A stretch of 64,000 bases of DNA, taken from assembly GCA_963836185.1 (NCBI GenBank), contig CAWIIQ010000001.1, forward strand, positions 1,216,001-1,280,000. Reading direction: 5' to 3'. The stretch's first letter is position 1; the number at the start of each line of letters is the position of its first letter. This document shows, one piece after another, positions 51,357 to 61,281 of this stretch. Source of the stretch: Candidatus Krumholzibacteriia bacterium (GTDB lineage Bacteria > Krumholzibacteriota > Krumholzibacteriia > Krumholzibacteriales > Krumholzibacteriaceae). Both the position numbers and the translations under genes were made by a program. Below the pieces are notes generated by a model. That model worked only from the letters and a program-made list of their open reading frames with translations. It made no database searches and was not told the DNA's origin.

Positions 51357-52286
51357 GTGGTGACGATGCTCAGAACGAACAAACAATATCTGGTGGAGAA
51401 GGCCGTTTCCGGAAAGATCTCGAGCCCGCGGATCCCGTTGAAGAATCCGTGGCTGATCGATACCGACGGTGCGCCGCATGTCATGCCGGGCACGGGAGGG
51501 ATCACCTATAATGTTTCTGTAGGTGATTCAGCCCTGGACTTTGTCGGAGATCATATCGAGCCGGGAGTAAGCGTGACCCTGAAGAGCTCCGAGGCGGAAC
51601 GAAGTGTTCTCGGCGGGCTCAGCATATTGACATGTGTCGGTAATGAGGCAAAGGTGATGTCGGGACAAGCGCTTGGCGCCAGAGGTGTAGTGACGGGCAA
51701 ACATGGCGGAGTAGAGCACGTGATCATTGATTTCTCTAGCGCCACGCTTGATAAGCTCGCGATCGGGGACACGATTCAGATCAGGTCTCTCGGCCAGGGG
51801 CTGCAGCTGAAGGATTACCCCGATGTGCATGTCATGAACATCGATCCGGGACTGCTCGCGAAGCTCGGGATAGTATCCCGTACCAAGCAGATGATAGTCC
51901 CCGTGACTCATGTCATCCCCGCTTCTATCATGGGCTCGGGACTTGGATCGAGGCACAGTTACAGCGGAGACTACGATATTCAGATCGGTGAACAGGGATC
52001 GATACGGAAATTCGGGCTGCAGAACCTGAGGATCGGCGATGTGATCGCCATAAGCGATGCGGATTGCAGGTTCGGAAGAACTATAAGACCGGGCGCAATA
52101 ACCATCGGTGTAGTCGTTCACGGGGCGTGTGTCACGAGTGGGCATGGTCCCGGCGTGACAGTCCTTATGACAACGGTGAAAAAGCTCATAGTACCCAGGA
52201 TAGAAGAGAGCGCTAATCTGGCCAACTGTCTCGGGACGGGCGGCCCGAAGAAGGCCGGGCGCCCTCGAAACAGGAGAAGGCATTAA
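51357..52286 (+). CDS. DUF4438 family protein
   Basis: PGTGGITYNV.VGD, DHIEPGVS, C.GNEA, GKHGGVEH, MGSGLG, GDYDI, GHGPGVT. Confidence 0.85.
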   Translation: MVTMLRTNKQYLVEKAVSGKISSPRIPLKNPWLIDTDGAPHVMPGTGGITYNVSVGDSALDFVGDHIEPGVSVTLKSSEAERSVLGGLSILTCVGNEAKVMSGQALGARGVVTGKHGGVEHVIIDFSSATLDKLAIGDTIQIRSLGQGLQLKDYPDVHVMNIDPGLLAKLGIVSRTKQMIVPVTHVIPASIMGSGLGSRHSYSGDYDIQIGEQGSIRKFGLQNLRIGDVIAISDADCRFGRTIRPGAITIGVVVHGACVTSGHGPGVTVLMTTVKKLIVPRIEESANLANCLGTGGPKKAGRPRNRRRH

Positions 52287-52304
52287 AAAAGGAGGAACCT
52301 GTCA

Positions 52305-52850
52305 ATGCCGCAGTGGAAAAAACTATTGCCTGAACTGGACTGGATAGCCGATGGCGATCTAAGGGATCTTGTCGAAAAGGTATGGGAGGACGCTTTTCAA
52401 CTTGGAGGATGGGAGGATGGCGATCTCGATTCGATTCCCTTTACACTTCTCGTTCAGGACACTGATATCAACCTGTTCGATCATACAAGGATCGTTACTC
52501 ATCTGTGCAGGCAGATAGCGCAACCGTTGAAGGAGATGCAGGGGCTTGAGATAAATGACGATTATCTTATCGCCGGCGCTCTTCTGCACGATGTGGGCAA
52601 GTTGCTCGAATACGAGAAAGTAGATGGAAAGGTCGTCGTTGCCAGGAGCGGCAGGCTTCTGCGCCACCCGCTGTCAGGTATGGGCCTGACGGTCAAGTGG
52701 GGTCTCCCCGAGGAGATCAGCCACTCGATAGCGGTCCATTCGCGGGAGGGCGAGAGGTCGCCTCGCAGCGTGGAGGCTACCGTCATCCATCACGCCGACT
52801 TCATTATGTTTCATTCGTTCAAGAGCAAGAAAGAATTCCCCGACATCTGA
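52305..52850 (+). CDS. HD-domain (HDIG) phosphohydrolase
   Basis: GALLHDVGKLLE, LRHP.SG, AVHS.EG, IHHAD. Confidence 0.88.
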   Translation: MPQWKKLLPELDWIADGDLRDLVEKVWEDAFQLGGWEDGDLDSIPFTLLVQDTDINLFDHTRIVTHLCRQIAQPLKEMQGLEINDDYLIAGALLHDVGKLLEYEKVDGKVVVARSGRLLRHPLSGMGLTVKWGLPEEISHSIAVHSREGERSPRSVEATVIHHADFIMFHSFKSKKEFPDI

Positions 52851-52860
52851 CAGGGGAGCG

Positions 52861-54597
52861 ATGCGCTTAAACAACAGGCTCGCAACGGGATTGATCATAC
52901 TTGCCGCCATGACGCTGCCGGCAGCGTCTCAGACTCCGGGATCTGAGGCAGGCCGGGCTGAGTGCGGCAGGTCCCTGGCCCGGATGATACCGGAGATGGA
53001 AGCTGACGATATCGTCGCAGTATGGATATATTTAGCCGCGCCGCCGGATGACGACGCGGCTTCTTCACGCAGGGCAGGCGAAAGGATCAGGCTTCGCGTG
53101 GCGAAAGAAAATGATCCTGCTGCACTGCGGCCTCCCTCGAGGGATGTCACAGACAGGATCAGGCCCTTTGTCGAATGCGTCAGGAACAGGTCTTCATACT
53201 TCAACGCCATCAGCGCGGATGTAAAGATAGAGGCCATACCAGTTCTTCTTTCAATGCCTGATGTCAGGAAGGTCGACGCCGTAAGGAAGTACAGGAGAGC
53301 CAGGGTCCCAGAGCCTTCGGCAGTGGAAAATGCTCCCCGGAAAACATCCTCCTCGCAGCAGATCGGAATATACGGGGAAAGTTTCAACCAGCTCTACATG
53401 ATCGAGGCGATCGATCTCCTCGAGATGGGTTTCAACGGATCGGGAGATTCCAGCTCCGCCGGTCAGATAATGATCGGGATCCTCGACACGGGTTTCCTCC
53501 TCGACCATTATGCTTTCGACCGGCTCGAGGTCCATGCCCAGTACGATTTTATAAACGATGATCCCGTTACAGAGAATGAACCGGGGGACCACCCCGACCA
53601 GGACAGGCACGGTACCCTCGTGCTCGGGACGATCGCCGGATATGCCGAGGGTGGTCTGATCGGGCCCGCATGGGGAGCGTCCTATCTTCTGGCAAAGACT
53701 GAGATCTACGGCGAAGAGATAGAGATAGAGGAGGATAACTGGGTCGCAGGGCTCGAGTGGTGCGACAGCATAGGGGCCGACATCGTGACGAGCTCACTGG
53801 GATATATCAGCTGGTACGATCCGGATTACGATCTGGACGGGGAAACGGCCCTCTGCACGAGGGCTGCGAACAGGGCAGCTTCAAGGGGGATCGTAGTCTG
53901 CAACGCCGTCGGTAATTACGGATGGAACGGGCCGACTTCGCTTATAGCGCCGTCAGACGCTGACAGTGTGATCACAGTCGGCGGCGTCTATGATAACGGG
54001 AGCCTGTGGCCGTCGAGCTCAAGGGGCCCGACATCAGACGGGAGAATAAAGCCGGACTTGATGGCCCAGGCCGTAGCCGTTCAGACTGTAGCCTGGCCTT
54101 TCGATTACGGGTACGGGAAGTACAGCGGCACATCGTTCGCGACCCCCCTCATCGCGGGGCTCTGCGCGCAGCTTCTCGAGGTTCATCCCGGCTGGACGCC
54201 GATGCAGCTGAAGGATTCACTGCGCGTCCATGCTACAGGCAGCGATTCACCGGATAACAGCTTCGGGTGGGGTATAGTGCAGGGCCTAGCATCGGCAGGA
54301 TTTTCATCAGGCGTTTCGACTGACGTATCATTCTCTAACGGTTATCCGAATCCGTTCGATGACGCGATCGTGTTTGACCTTTACTCAGGGAGATGGACTT
54401 ACGTGACGGCGCGGGTCTACGATATCTCCGGCCGTCATGTCAGGACACTTCTCTTCGAGGAGCCCCTTCTTTTCGGAGCGAAGGCCGAATGGGACGGCAG
54501 CAACGATGGCGGAAGACAGGTAGCGAGCGGGATCTATTTCGTCGAGTTCATATCACCGCAGGTGAAAAGGGTGATCAAGATCGTCAGGATCAGGTAA
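52861..54597 (+). CDS. S8 subtilisin-like serine peptidase with T9SS-type CTD
   Basis: ILDTGF, HGT, SGTSFATP catalytic triad; IKPDL; YPNPF...VASGIYF. Confidence 0.93.
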   Translation: MRLNNRLATGLIILAAMTLPAASQTPGSEAGRAECGRSLARMIPEMEADDIVAVWIYLAAPPDDDAASSRRAGERIRLRVAKENDPAALRPPSRDVTDRIRPFVECVRNRSSYFNAISADVKIEAIPVLLSMPDVRKVDAVRKYRRARVPEPSAVENAPRKTSSSQQIGIYGESFNQLYMIEAIDLLEMGFNGSGDSSSAGQIMIGILDTGFLLDHYAFDRLEVHAQYDFINDDPVTENEPGDHPDQDRHGTLVLGTIAGYAEGGLIGPAWGASYLLAKTEIYGEEIEIEEDNWVAGLEWCDSIGADIVTSSLGYISWYDPDYDLDGETALCTRAANRAASRGIVVCNAVGNYGWNGPTSLIAPSDADSVITVGGVYDNGSLWPSSSRGPTSDGRIKPDLMAQAVAVQTVAWPFDYGYGKYSGTSFATPLIAGLCAQLLEVHPGWTPMQLKDSLRVHATGSDSPDNSFGWGIVQGLASAGFSSGVSTDVSFSNGYPNPFDDAIVFDLYSGRWTYVTARVYDISGRHVRTLLFEEPLLFGAKAEWDGSNDGGRQVASGIYFVEFISPQVKRVIKIVRIR

Positions 54598-54739
54598 TGC
54601 CCGACTGCTTTTAATCTTGAAAATCCGGGTTCTATCGGATAAATTCCGAAAAGACAGCAAGGAATGATTGTTGATTCGTAATGTATTGATATCGTTATAG
54701 ATATAGAAACGTTGCTGTATCGGCAACAGGAGGTCTCTC

Positions 54740-57475
54740 TTGACTGACAAGAATGTATATTTTTTCGGAGGCAAGGAAGCCGACGGCAATGCCGGATTGC
54801 GTGATCTGCTCGGTGGTAAAGGGGCCAATCTCGCCGAGATGGCCAGCACGGGAATTCCCGTGCCTGCCGGATTTACCATCTCCACGGAGGTCTGCACCTC
54901 GTTCTACAGGAACGGGGGAAAATATCCGGAAGGCCTCGAGGCTGCCGTAGAATCGGCGATCGAGAAGGTCGAAAAGACGATGGGAGCAAAATTCGGCGAT
55001 CCGGCCGATCCGCTCCTTCTTTCCGTGCGTTCAGGCGCCCGCGTGAGTATGCCGGGGATGATGGATACCGTCCTCAACCTCGGACTGAACCTGGAGACGG
55101 TCGAAGGGCTGGCCCGCAAGAGCGGAGACGACCGGTTCGCCTGGGACTGCTTCAGACGATTTGTCCAGATGTACGGCGACGTGGTCCTCGATATGAAGCC
55201 GGTCGGAAAGGACGCGAGGGATCCATTCGAAGAGATCCTGCATTCGAAGAAAGCAGAGGTCGGGGCCAGTCTCGATATGGATCTCGGGGTGGATGACCTA
55301 AAGGACCTGGTCGATCTGTACAAGGCGAAGATAGCCGAGGATACCGGCCTGGAGTTCCCGGAGGACCCGCGCGAGCAGTTGTGGAACGCGATCGGAGCGG
55401 TCTTCAACTCGTGGAACAATGACCGGGCGAACACATACAGGCGGATCAACGGGATCCCTGACGACTGGGGGACAGCGGTCAACGTCCAGTCGATGGTATA
55501 CGGCAATCTTGGCGACGATTCGGGAACCGGTGTCGCGTTCACGAGGAATCCCGCCACCGGAGAGAATCTCTTCTACGGCGAATATCTCATGAAGGCCCAG
55601 GGTGAGGATGTCGTCGCAGGGATCAGGACACCTCAACCTATCAACAATTCGCAGAAGGGCGAAGTCGAGGCCGAGTCTCTCGAAGAAGAGATGCCGGATA
55701 TGTACGCAGAACTCGAAGCGATACGGCTGAAACTCGAGGAACATTACAGGGACATGCAGGATCTCGAGTTTACGATCCAGAACGGAAAGCTCTGGATACT
55801 CCAGACGAGGGCGGGCAAGCGGACAGGATTCGCCGCGATAAAGATAGCGATCGATATGGTCCGCGAGGGCCTCATATCGAAGGAAGAGGCTATCCGGCGG
55901 ATAGATCCCGAGCAGCTCAACCAGTTTCTCCGGCCGGTTTTCGATCCGGAACAGAAGAGGAAGGCCTCGGAAGAGGGCAGGTTGATGGCGAAAGGTATCA
56001 ATGCAGGCCCCGGCGCCGCTACGGGGAAGGTCGTATTCAACGCGGAAGATGCCGAGCAGTGGGCCGCTGACGGAGAAGAGGTCATCCTCGTAAGGATAGA
56101 GACGAGCCCCGAGGATATCAGGGGTATGGATGCCGCGTCCGGCATCCTAACCTCGGCGGGTGGAGCGACTTCTCACGCGGCGCTCGTAGCCAGGCAGATG
56201 GGAAAGGTCTGTGTCGTGGGGGCGAAGGAGATATCGATCGATTACAGTGAGAGGAAGCTCGTGTCAGGCGGCATGACCCTCTCTGAAGGTGACTTTATAT
56301 CGATAGACGGCTCGACCGGAGAGGTCATCTCCGGAATGATAGAGACGAAACCATCCGAGATCATACAGGTCCTGATAGACAAGACGCTCGATGGGGATGA
56401 TTCGGTTGTATACCGCGACTACGAGGAACTGATGGGCTGGGCCGACAGCCTTCGGACGATGCGGGTAAGGGCGAATGCCGATCGTCCCGATCAGGCCGCC
56501 GCTGCCGTCGCGTTCGGCGGCGAAGGGATCGGTCTATGCAGGACGGAGCACATGTTCTTCGAGGGGGAGAGGATCGACTGGGTAAGACGCATGATTCTTG
56601 CCGATGACGAGTCGGGGAGGAAAGAGGCGCTGGCGAAACTCCTTCCGATGCAGAGAGAGGATTTTTACGGAATATTCAAGGCTATGGGAGGGCGGCCGGT
56701 CACTGTGCGTACTCTCGATCCGCCGCTCCACGAGTTTCTTCCACACGAAGCTGATGAGATCGCTGAGCTCGCCGGCAAGATGGGCGTCGATGCGGGAGCT
56801 CTTGCCGACAAGGTCGTATCACTGAAAGAGGCCAATCCGATGCTGGGGCACAGGGGATGCAGGCTCGGTATAGTATATCCGGAGATAACGGAGATGCAGG
56901 TCAGGGCCATAATCGAGGCAGCCTGCGACCTGGCAGCAGAAGGCGGCGAAGTGAATCCGGAGATAATGATCCCCCTTGTGGGCAGCGCCAGGGAGTTCGA
57001 ACTTCAGGAGGAAGTAGTCAGACTCGTGGCGGCGGAGGTCATGAAGGATCGCGGTGTAGAAGTCGACTATCTCGTCGGCACGATGATCGAGATCCCGAGG
57101 GCCGCCCTGACAGCTGACGCGATCGCCGCCAAGGCAGAGTTTTTCTCGTTCGGCACGAACGATCTGACCCAGACGACATTGGGGATCAGCAGGGACGATG
57201 CGGGCAAGTTTATAGCCGACTATGTAGAAAAGGGAGTATGGCCTGCCGATCCGTTCCAGAAGCTCGATCAGGAAGGTGTGGGGACACTGATCAAGATCGG
57301 CGTGGAACTGGGGAGGGGAGCAAGGGAAGGACTCAAGGTCGGTATCTGTGGTGAGCATGGTGGAGAACCATCGTCGATCGGGTTCTGTCAGAAGACAGGT
57401 TTCGATTACGTGAGCTGTTCGCCGTTCAGGATCCCGGTAGCGATCCTCGCTGCGGCGCAGTCTGCACTGGAATAA
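54740..57475 (+). CDS. ppdK: Pyruvate, phosphate dikinase
   Basis: [59 protein letters not shown]. Confidence 0.97.
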   Translation: MTDKNVYFFGGKEADGNAGLRDLLGGKGANLAEMASTGIPVPAGFTISTEVCTSFYRNGGKYPEGLEAAVESAIEKVEKTMGAKFGDPADPLLLSVRSGARVSMPGMMDTVLNLGLNLETVEGLARKSGDDRFAWDCFRRFVQMYGDVVLDMKPVGKDARDPFEEILHSKKAEVGASLDMDLGVDDLKDLVDLYKAKIAEDTGLEFPEDPREQLWNAIGAVFNSWNNDRANTYRRINGIPDDWGTAVNVQSMVYGNLGDDSGTGVAFTRNPATGENLFYGEYLMKAQGEDVVAGIRTPQPINNSQKGEVEAESLEEEMPDMYAELEAIRLKLEEHYRDMQDLEFTIQNGKLWILQTRAGKRTGFAAIKIAIDMVREGLISKEEAIRRIDPEQLNQFLRPVFDPEQKRKASEEGRLMAKGINAGPGAATGKVVFNAEDAEQWAADGEEVILVRIETSPEDIRGMDAASGILTSAGGATSHAALVARQMGKVCVVGAKEISIDYSERKLVSGGMTLSEGDFISIDGSTGEVISGMIETKPSEIIQVLIDKTLDGDDSVVYRDYEELMGWADSLRTMRVRANADRPDQAAAAVAFGGEGIGLCRTEHMFFEGERIDWVRRMILADDESGRKEALAKLLPMQREDFYGIFKAMGGRPVTVRTLDPPLHEFLPHEADEIAELAGKMGVDAGALADKVVSLKEANPMLGHRGCRLGIVYPEITEMQVRAIIEAACDLAAEGGEVNPEIMIPLVGSAREFELQEEVVRLVAAEVMKDRGVEVDYLVGTMIEIPRAALTADAIAAKAEFFSFGTNDLTQTTLGISRDDAGKFIADYVEKGVWPADPFQKLDQEGVGTLIKIGVELGRGAREGLKVGICGEHGGEPSSIGFCQKTGFDYVSCSPFRIPVAILAAAQSALE

Positions 57476-57574
57476 CCCGAAGAAGGGTGGGGGCGTATCG
57501 AAAGCGGCGACAGGGGAAGCAGGACGCCTGACTGCGTCAGCAGTCTCAGAAGATCTATCCTCGGTTTTCTCGCA

Positions 57575-58294
57575 GTGGCTGTCGTGGTCCTGGCCGTGTG
57601 TTGCGGGACTCTGGCCGCGACTCGTTCGGTGTGGCTTGCCGTCGATCTTGTCCTGTGGACCATTCCGGTGATCGGCGCGTTCACGATATTCTCACTCAGG
57701 AACATGAAGTTATTTCGAAGGCCGGACGGGAGGGAGGTCTGCCGTTTTGAAGCGGCAAACGCTCTTACCGCTGTGAGGATCTTCCTTGTGCCTCCTGTCC
57801 TGGTCCTCCTGAATCACGGATATATGATGCAGGGAGCGATCCTGTGGCTGATCGCTGAACTGACCGATGTTGCTGACGGTTTCGTCGCGCGCAGGTTCAG
57901 GCAGGAGACTGATTTCGGCCTCATGCTCGATCCTGTCGGCGATATCATGGCCACGATATCGGTCTTTACATGGCTGTTTGTCAGTGGCATGGTCCCGTCC
58001 TGGCTCTTCGCCCTGCTCGTCGCGCGATACGTGCAGTTCTTTGCCGGCCTCGCGATACTTTCTCTCACACGAAGACTTCCCAAGCTTCATGCCACTACTG
58101 CCGGCAAGGCCGCGGGAGTGGTTCAGGGCGCGATAATAATGTTTATTCTGCTCCGGACCGCCCTCGGCGATCCGGAGAGGCTTACTTCGTACGATCATAT
58201 ACTTTTCCCGGTTCTGGGAGCCGCGTTCCTTTCCGTCATCGTTTCGCAGACAGCTATCGGTCTGAGGGCGGTAAGGAACCACGATGCTTCCTGA
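57575..58294 (+). CDS. CDP-alcohol phosphatidyltransferase family protein
   Basis: ANALTAVR, D.ADG.VARR..QETDFG..LDP.GD. Confidence 0.88.
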   Translation: MAVVVLAVCCGTLAATRSVWLAVDLVLWTIPVIGAFTIFSLRNMKLFRRPDGREVCRFEAANALTAVRIFLVPPVLVLLNHGYMMQGAILWLIAELTDVADGFVARRFRQETDFGLMLDPVGDIMATISVFTWLFVSGMVPSWLFALLVARYVQFFAGLAILSLTRRLPKLHATTAGKAAGVVQGAIIMFILLRTALGDPERLTSYDHILFPVLGAAFLSVIVSQTAIGLRAVRNHDAS

Positions 58295-58307
58295 CAGGAG
58301 GTAGGAG

Positions 58308-58799
58308 ATGGACCTCGGCGGCGACCTTGCGGTTATGGATCCCTCGATGATATTTCAGGTGACCGGCATTTGCGGCCTGACCGGCAAGATGAAATTCATA
58401 ACGATAGACAACGTGGCCAGTTTCTGGTTCAGGGAAGGCGGACTTCTATTTGCGACTATCGATACGGGAAAGAGAAAGATCGGCGAATTCCTCACGGACA
58501 GCGACTTCATAACGGAAGAGCAGCTCGATGAGGCTCTCGAGGAGATGCGTAAGAAGAAGGGGAAGAAGAGGATCGGCAATATCCTCATCGACCGCGGATA
58601 TCTCGATTACGAGACTCTCGAGAAGGCTATACACGAGCAGATAAAGGAAGTCGTATACGAGGTCCTGCCCTGGAAGAAGGGGCAGTTCGTATTTTTCGCC
58701 GACGTCGAGCCTGAGCACGAGGACATACTGCTCGATATAAGGATGGATCACCTGATACTCGAGGGCCTGAAGCGCATAGACGAAGCAGCCAGGGATTGA
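58308..58799 (+). CDS. DUF4388 (PatA-N) + MshEN-like domain protein
   Basis: GDL....IFQ, KIGEFL...FITEEQLDEAL, RIGNIL, W..G.F.F, LILEGL.R.DE. Confidence 0.8.
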   Translation: MDLGGDLAVMDPSMIFQVTGICGLTGKMKFITIDNVASFWFREGGLLFATIDTGKRKIGEFLTDSDFITEEQLDEALEEMRKKKGKKRIGNILIDRGYLDYETLEKAIHEQIKEVVYEVLPWKKGQFVFFADVEPEHEDILLDIRMDHLILEGLKRIDEAARD

Positions 58800-59734
58800 C
58801 AGTGTTTCCAACGATTCCGCAGAGGCAGAGAACACTCAAGCGGTTGATGATCGCCGCCGCCGTTATCCCCATCCTCTCTGGCGCAGCTTCCGGCGAAAAA
58901 CCGGAGCAGTTCGACGGAACGGTATCATCTACGAGATCGATGGCCTTGGGCGGGGCATTCTCCCCTCTGGCCGACGATATTTCGGCGCTCATGATCAACC
59001 CTGCCGGACTGATCAACACGGGCGGTATCGCGTTATACGGCGATTATATGGAGACGGGTGGTGAGTCTGGGCCATGGGAGGGAAAGGTCTTCGGCGGTTT
59101 CGAGAAATGGGGGATCGTCTTCGCCGGTGCCGGTTCACAGAAGAGTTATGACGACGGGGTTAAGGAGGGCCAGCTCTCGGCAGGATTCGCGATCAACGTG
59201 ATGTCCGGCTCGGTCGGTTCGTTCATATCGATAGGCGGGGCGTTGAGGGCGGGGCGAGTCTCGTTCGATCTCGATGACGGATGCGTGCCATGCGGCACTT
59301 CACCAGGCCGGTACTCGTACAACGCGCTGACAGCGGACCTCGGCATGATGATAAGGCCCCTGCCGTTCATATCGCTCTCTCTATCAACAGAAAACATATC
59401 TGAGACCGGGTTCGGTTCGGGGGAGTACTACATCCCGTGGGAAAGGACCGTGAGATACGGTGCGGCCTGGCTTCACGAGGACAGGTTCACTGTCTCGTGG
59501 GAAAGCAGGCACATCGGTGACCAGGTGACGAATCATTTCGGGTTCGGCCTGCGGACGGCCCTGCCCCTCGAGATCATGGCGGGCATCACCGATGAACGTA
59601 TCTACGGCGGAGCGAGGTGGGACGGGGGTAGATGGAGGGCCTCAGTGGTCTTCGGCCAGGAGGCGGAGAACGTCATCACTGCCGGCGCATCGGTCGAGAT
59701 ATTCTTCAACAGGCCGGCGAGGATCTATCAGTGA
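58796..59734 (+). CDS. Divergent PorV/PorQ-like outer membrane protein
   Basis: RSMALGGAF..LADD.SA...NPAGL signature. Confidence 0.7.
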   Translation: MTVFPTIPQRQRTLKRLMIAAAVIPILSGAASGEKPEQFDGTVSSTRSMALGGAFSPLADDISALMINPAGLINTGGIALYGDYMETGGESGPWEGKVFGGFEKWGIVFAGAGSQKSYDDGVKEGQLSAGFAINVMSGSVGSFISIGGALRAGRVSFDLDDGCVPCGTSPGRYSYNALTADLGMMIRPLPFISLSLSTENISETGFGSGEYYIPWERTVRYGAAWLHEDRFTVSWESRHIGDQVTNHFGFGLRTALPLEIMAGITDERIYGGARWDGGRWRASVVFGQEAENVITAGASVEIFFNRPARIYQ

Positions 59735-59740
59735 AGCCGG

Positions 59741-61278
59741 ATGAGCCGCATAATACTTTCTTCCAGTGATGATCCTTGCACTGTTGCTATGCGGCGGTGC
59801 CGGCGCTATGCGAGGTGAACGCTGAAGCATGCGAGCCGGATTCCTCAGACAGCTACAGGTGGGGAGGGGTCTACACGGAGCCTGATCGGGCTGAGGGAAG
59901 AGGATACTGATTTTCCCATGGAACGATCCAGCAGTCTATATCGTCCCTGACCGACCGGGTATCCCTGATGTTCGAGGCGGATTTCGCGGAATATTTCAAT
60001 ATCTTCGTGAAGGGGACTACGGGTTACTGGAAGCTAGGGACGGGATATCTACTCGAGCCGGTTTTTCATAGACCAGGGTCATATCTCCGCTACATGGCGC
60101 GAACGCGCTGACGGGGAAGCTCTTCCTCAGGGAGCGGGTGTTCCGCAACCGGAACAGGCTGATGTTTCTCGTCTCGAACGACTCGCAACTGATCTCGGGG
60201 AGAGGCGAGGGATTTGATGTCGCGGCTCTGACTGCCGGCCCCGTTCTTCTGACATATACCGGCGCAGTCTTCAGGAATCCATGGCGAACAGAAGGCAGAA
60301 CTTCGGCCTGCCGCCGTGCCAGTCTGGAAGGTGATTATCTCAGCCTCTTCGAGGGAGGGATACAGCGGCCCTCATGGCACGCCGGGCTGACGCTCGCCGA
60401 CATGTGGTCGGACCGGTCTACTTAGAGCGATGACTCGGTGCTGTACGGGATCGACGGCGGGATTCGATCTGGCCGGAGGCAGTGTCAACCTGGAGTTCGC
60501 GAGGTCGGCGTACAGCATGGGATGACTTCGAGAATGGCCTGCTCGGCCTCGACCTCGACGCGATGGAATGGGGCAGTTTCAGCGCGGGGCTTCCTTCCGA
60601 CGGCGCGCTGGCCGCGGAATGGACCGGGATTCGCTTGGAACACGGAAGGGAAGGGAAGGTTCGGGCTCACTCCCGGATACCGCTATTCCGGAGATGAATT
60701 CATCGACCATATCGGAGAGGTATCATCCGGATATGTTGAGAGCTATCTCGAGACATGGTGGAAACACGCGAAACTCGCCACTGCTAGTTACCCTGAAGGC
60801 GGCTGACAGGTACGATTATGAGACGGGAAAGGGTGGCGGTGTCCTCGAGACTTCCCTCTGGACGAGATTCAGAGGGGGGCTCGAGACAACGGCGAGGGCT
60901 TTCTTCGCCGAGGGGAGCCGGCCCGTAGTGATACTCTCCACAGTCGATGATAACAGCCTTACGAGGCTGCTTACAACCGCGAGGATCGACGATACGGGAG
61001 GGGAGAGTGAGTTCTCGTTCCTGACCGAAGCCGGCATCAATCTCGGAAGAAGATGGACTCTGGGAGGCTCTGTTTATCTCGAGCGGTCTGTATCAGGATT
61101 CTATTCTGCCGATATCGAGATGCAGAGGCCGGGAAGAGGTTCGTGTTCAGGGCATCGGCTGGTACGTACATCCCCGGATATGACCTTTGCCGGGCTGAAT
61201 TACGATCCTGCTCTACAGGAGACGATCAGGGACAGGACGATCTCATTCTATACGAGGATATCACTTGGAGGGATATAG
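59741..61278 (+). CDS. Probable exported/outer-membrane beta-rich protein, broken by several frameshifts
   Basis: Hydrophobic N-terminus after ATG 59741; successive + strand fragments with alternating beta-strand pattern; fills the operon gap. Confidence 0.45.
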
Positions 61279-61281
61279 AAG

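Noticed and set aside
57473-57575. Readthrough fusion of ppdK with the in-frame CDP-alcohol phosphatidyltransferase
   Set aside because: PpdK ends at its normal C-terminus with TAA; same-frame neighbours occur by chance one time in three
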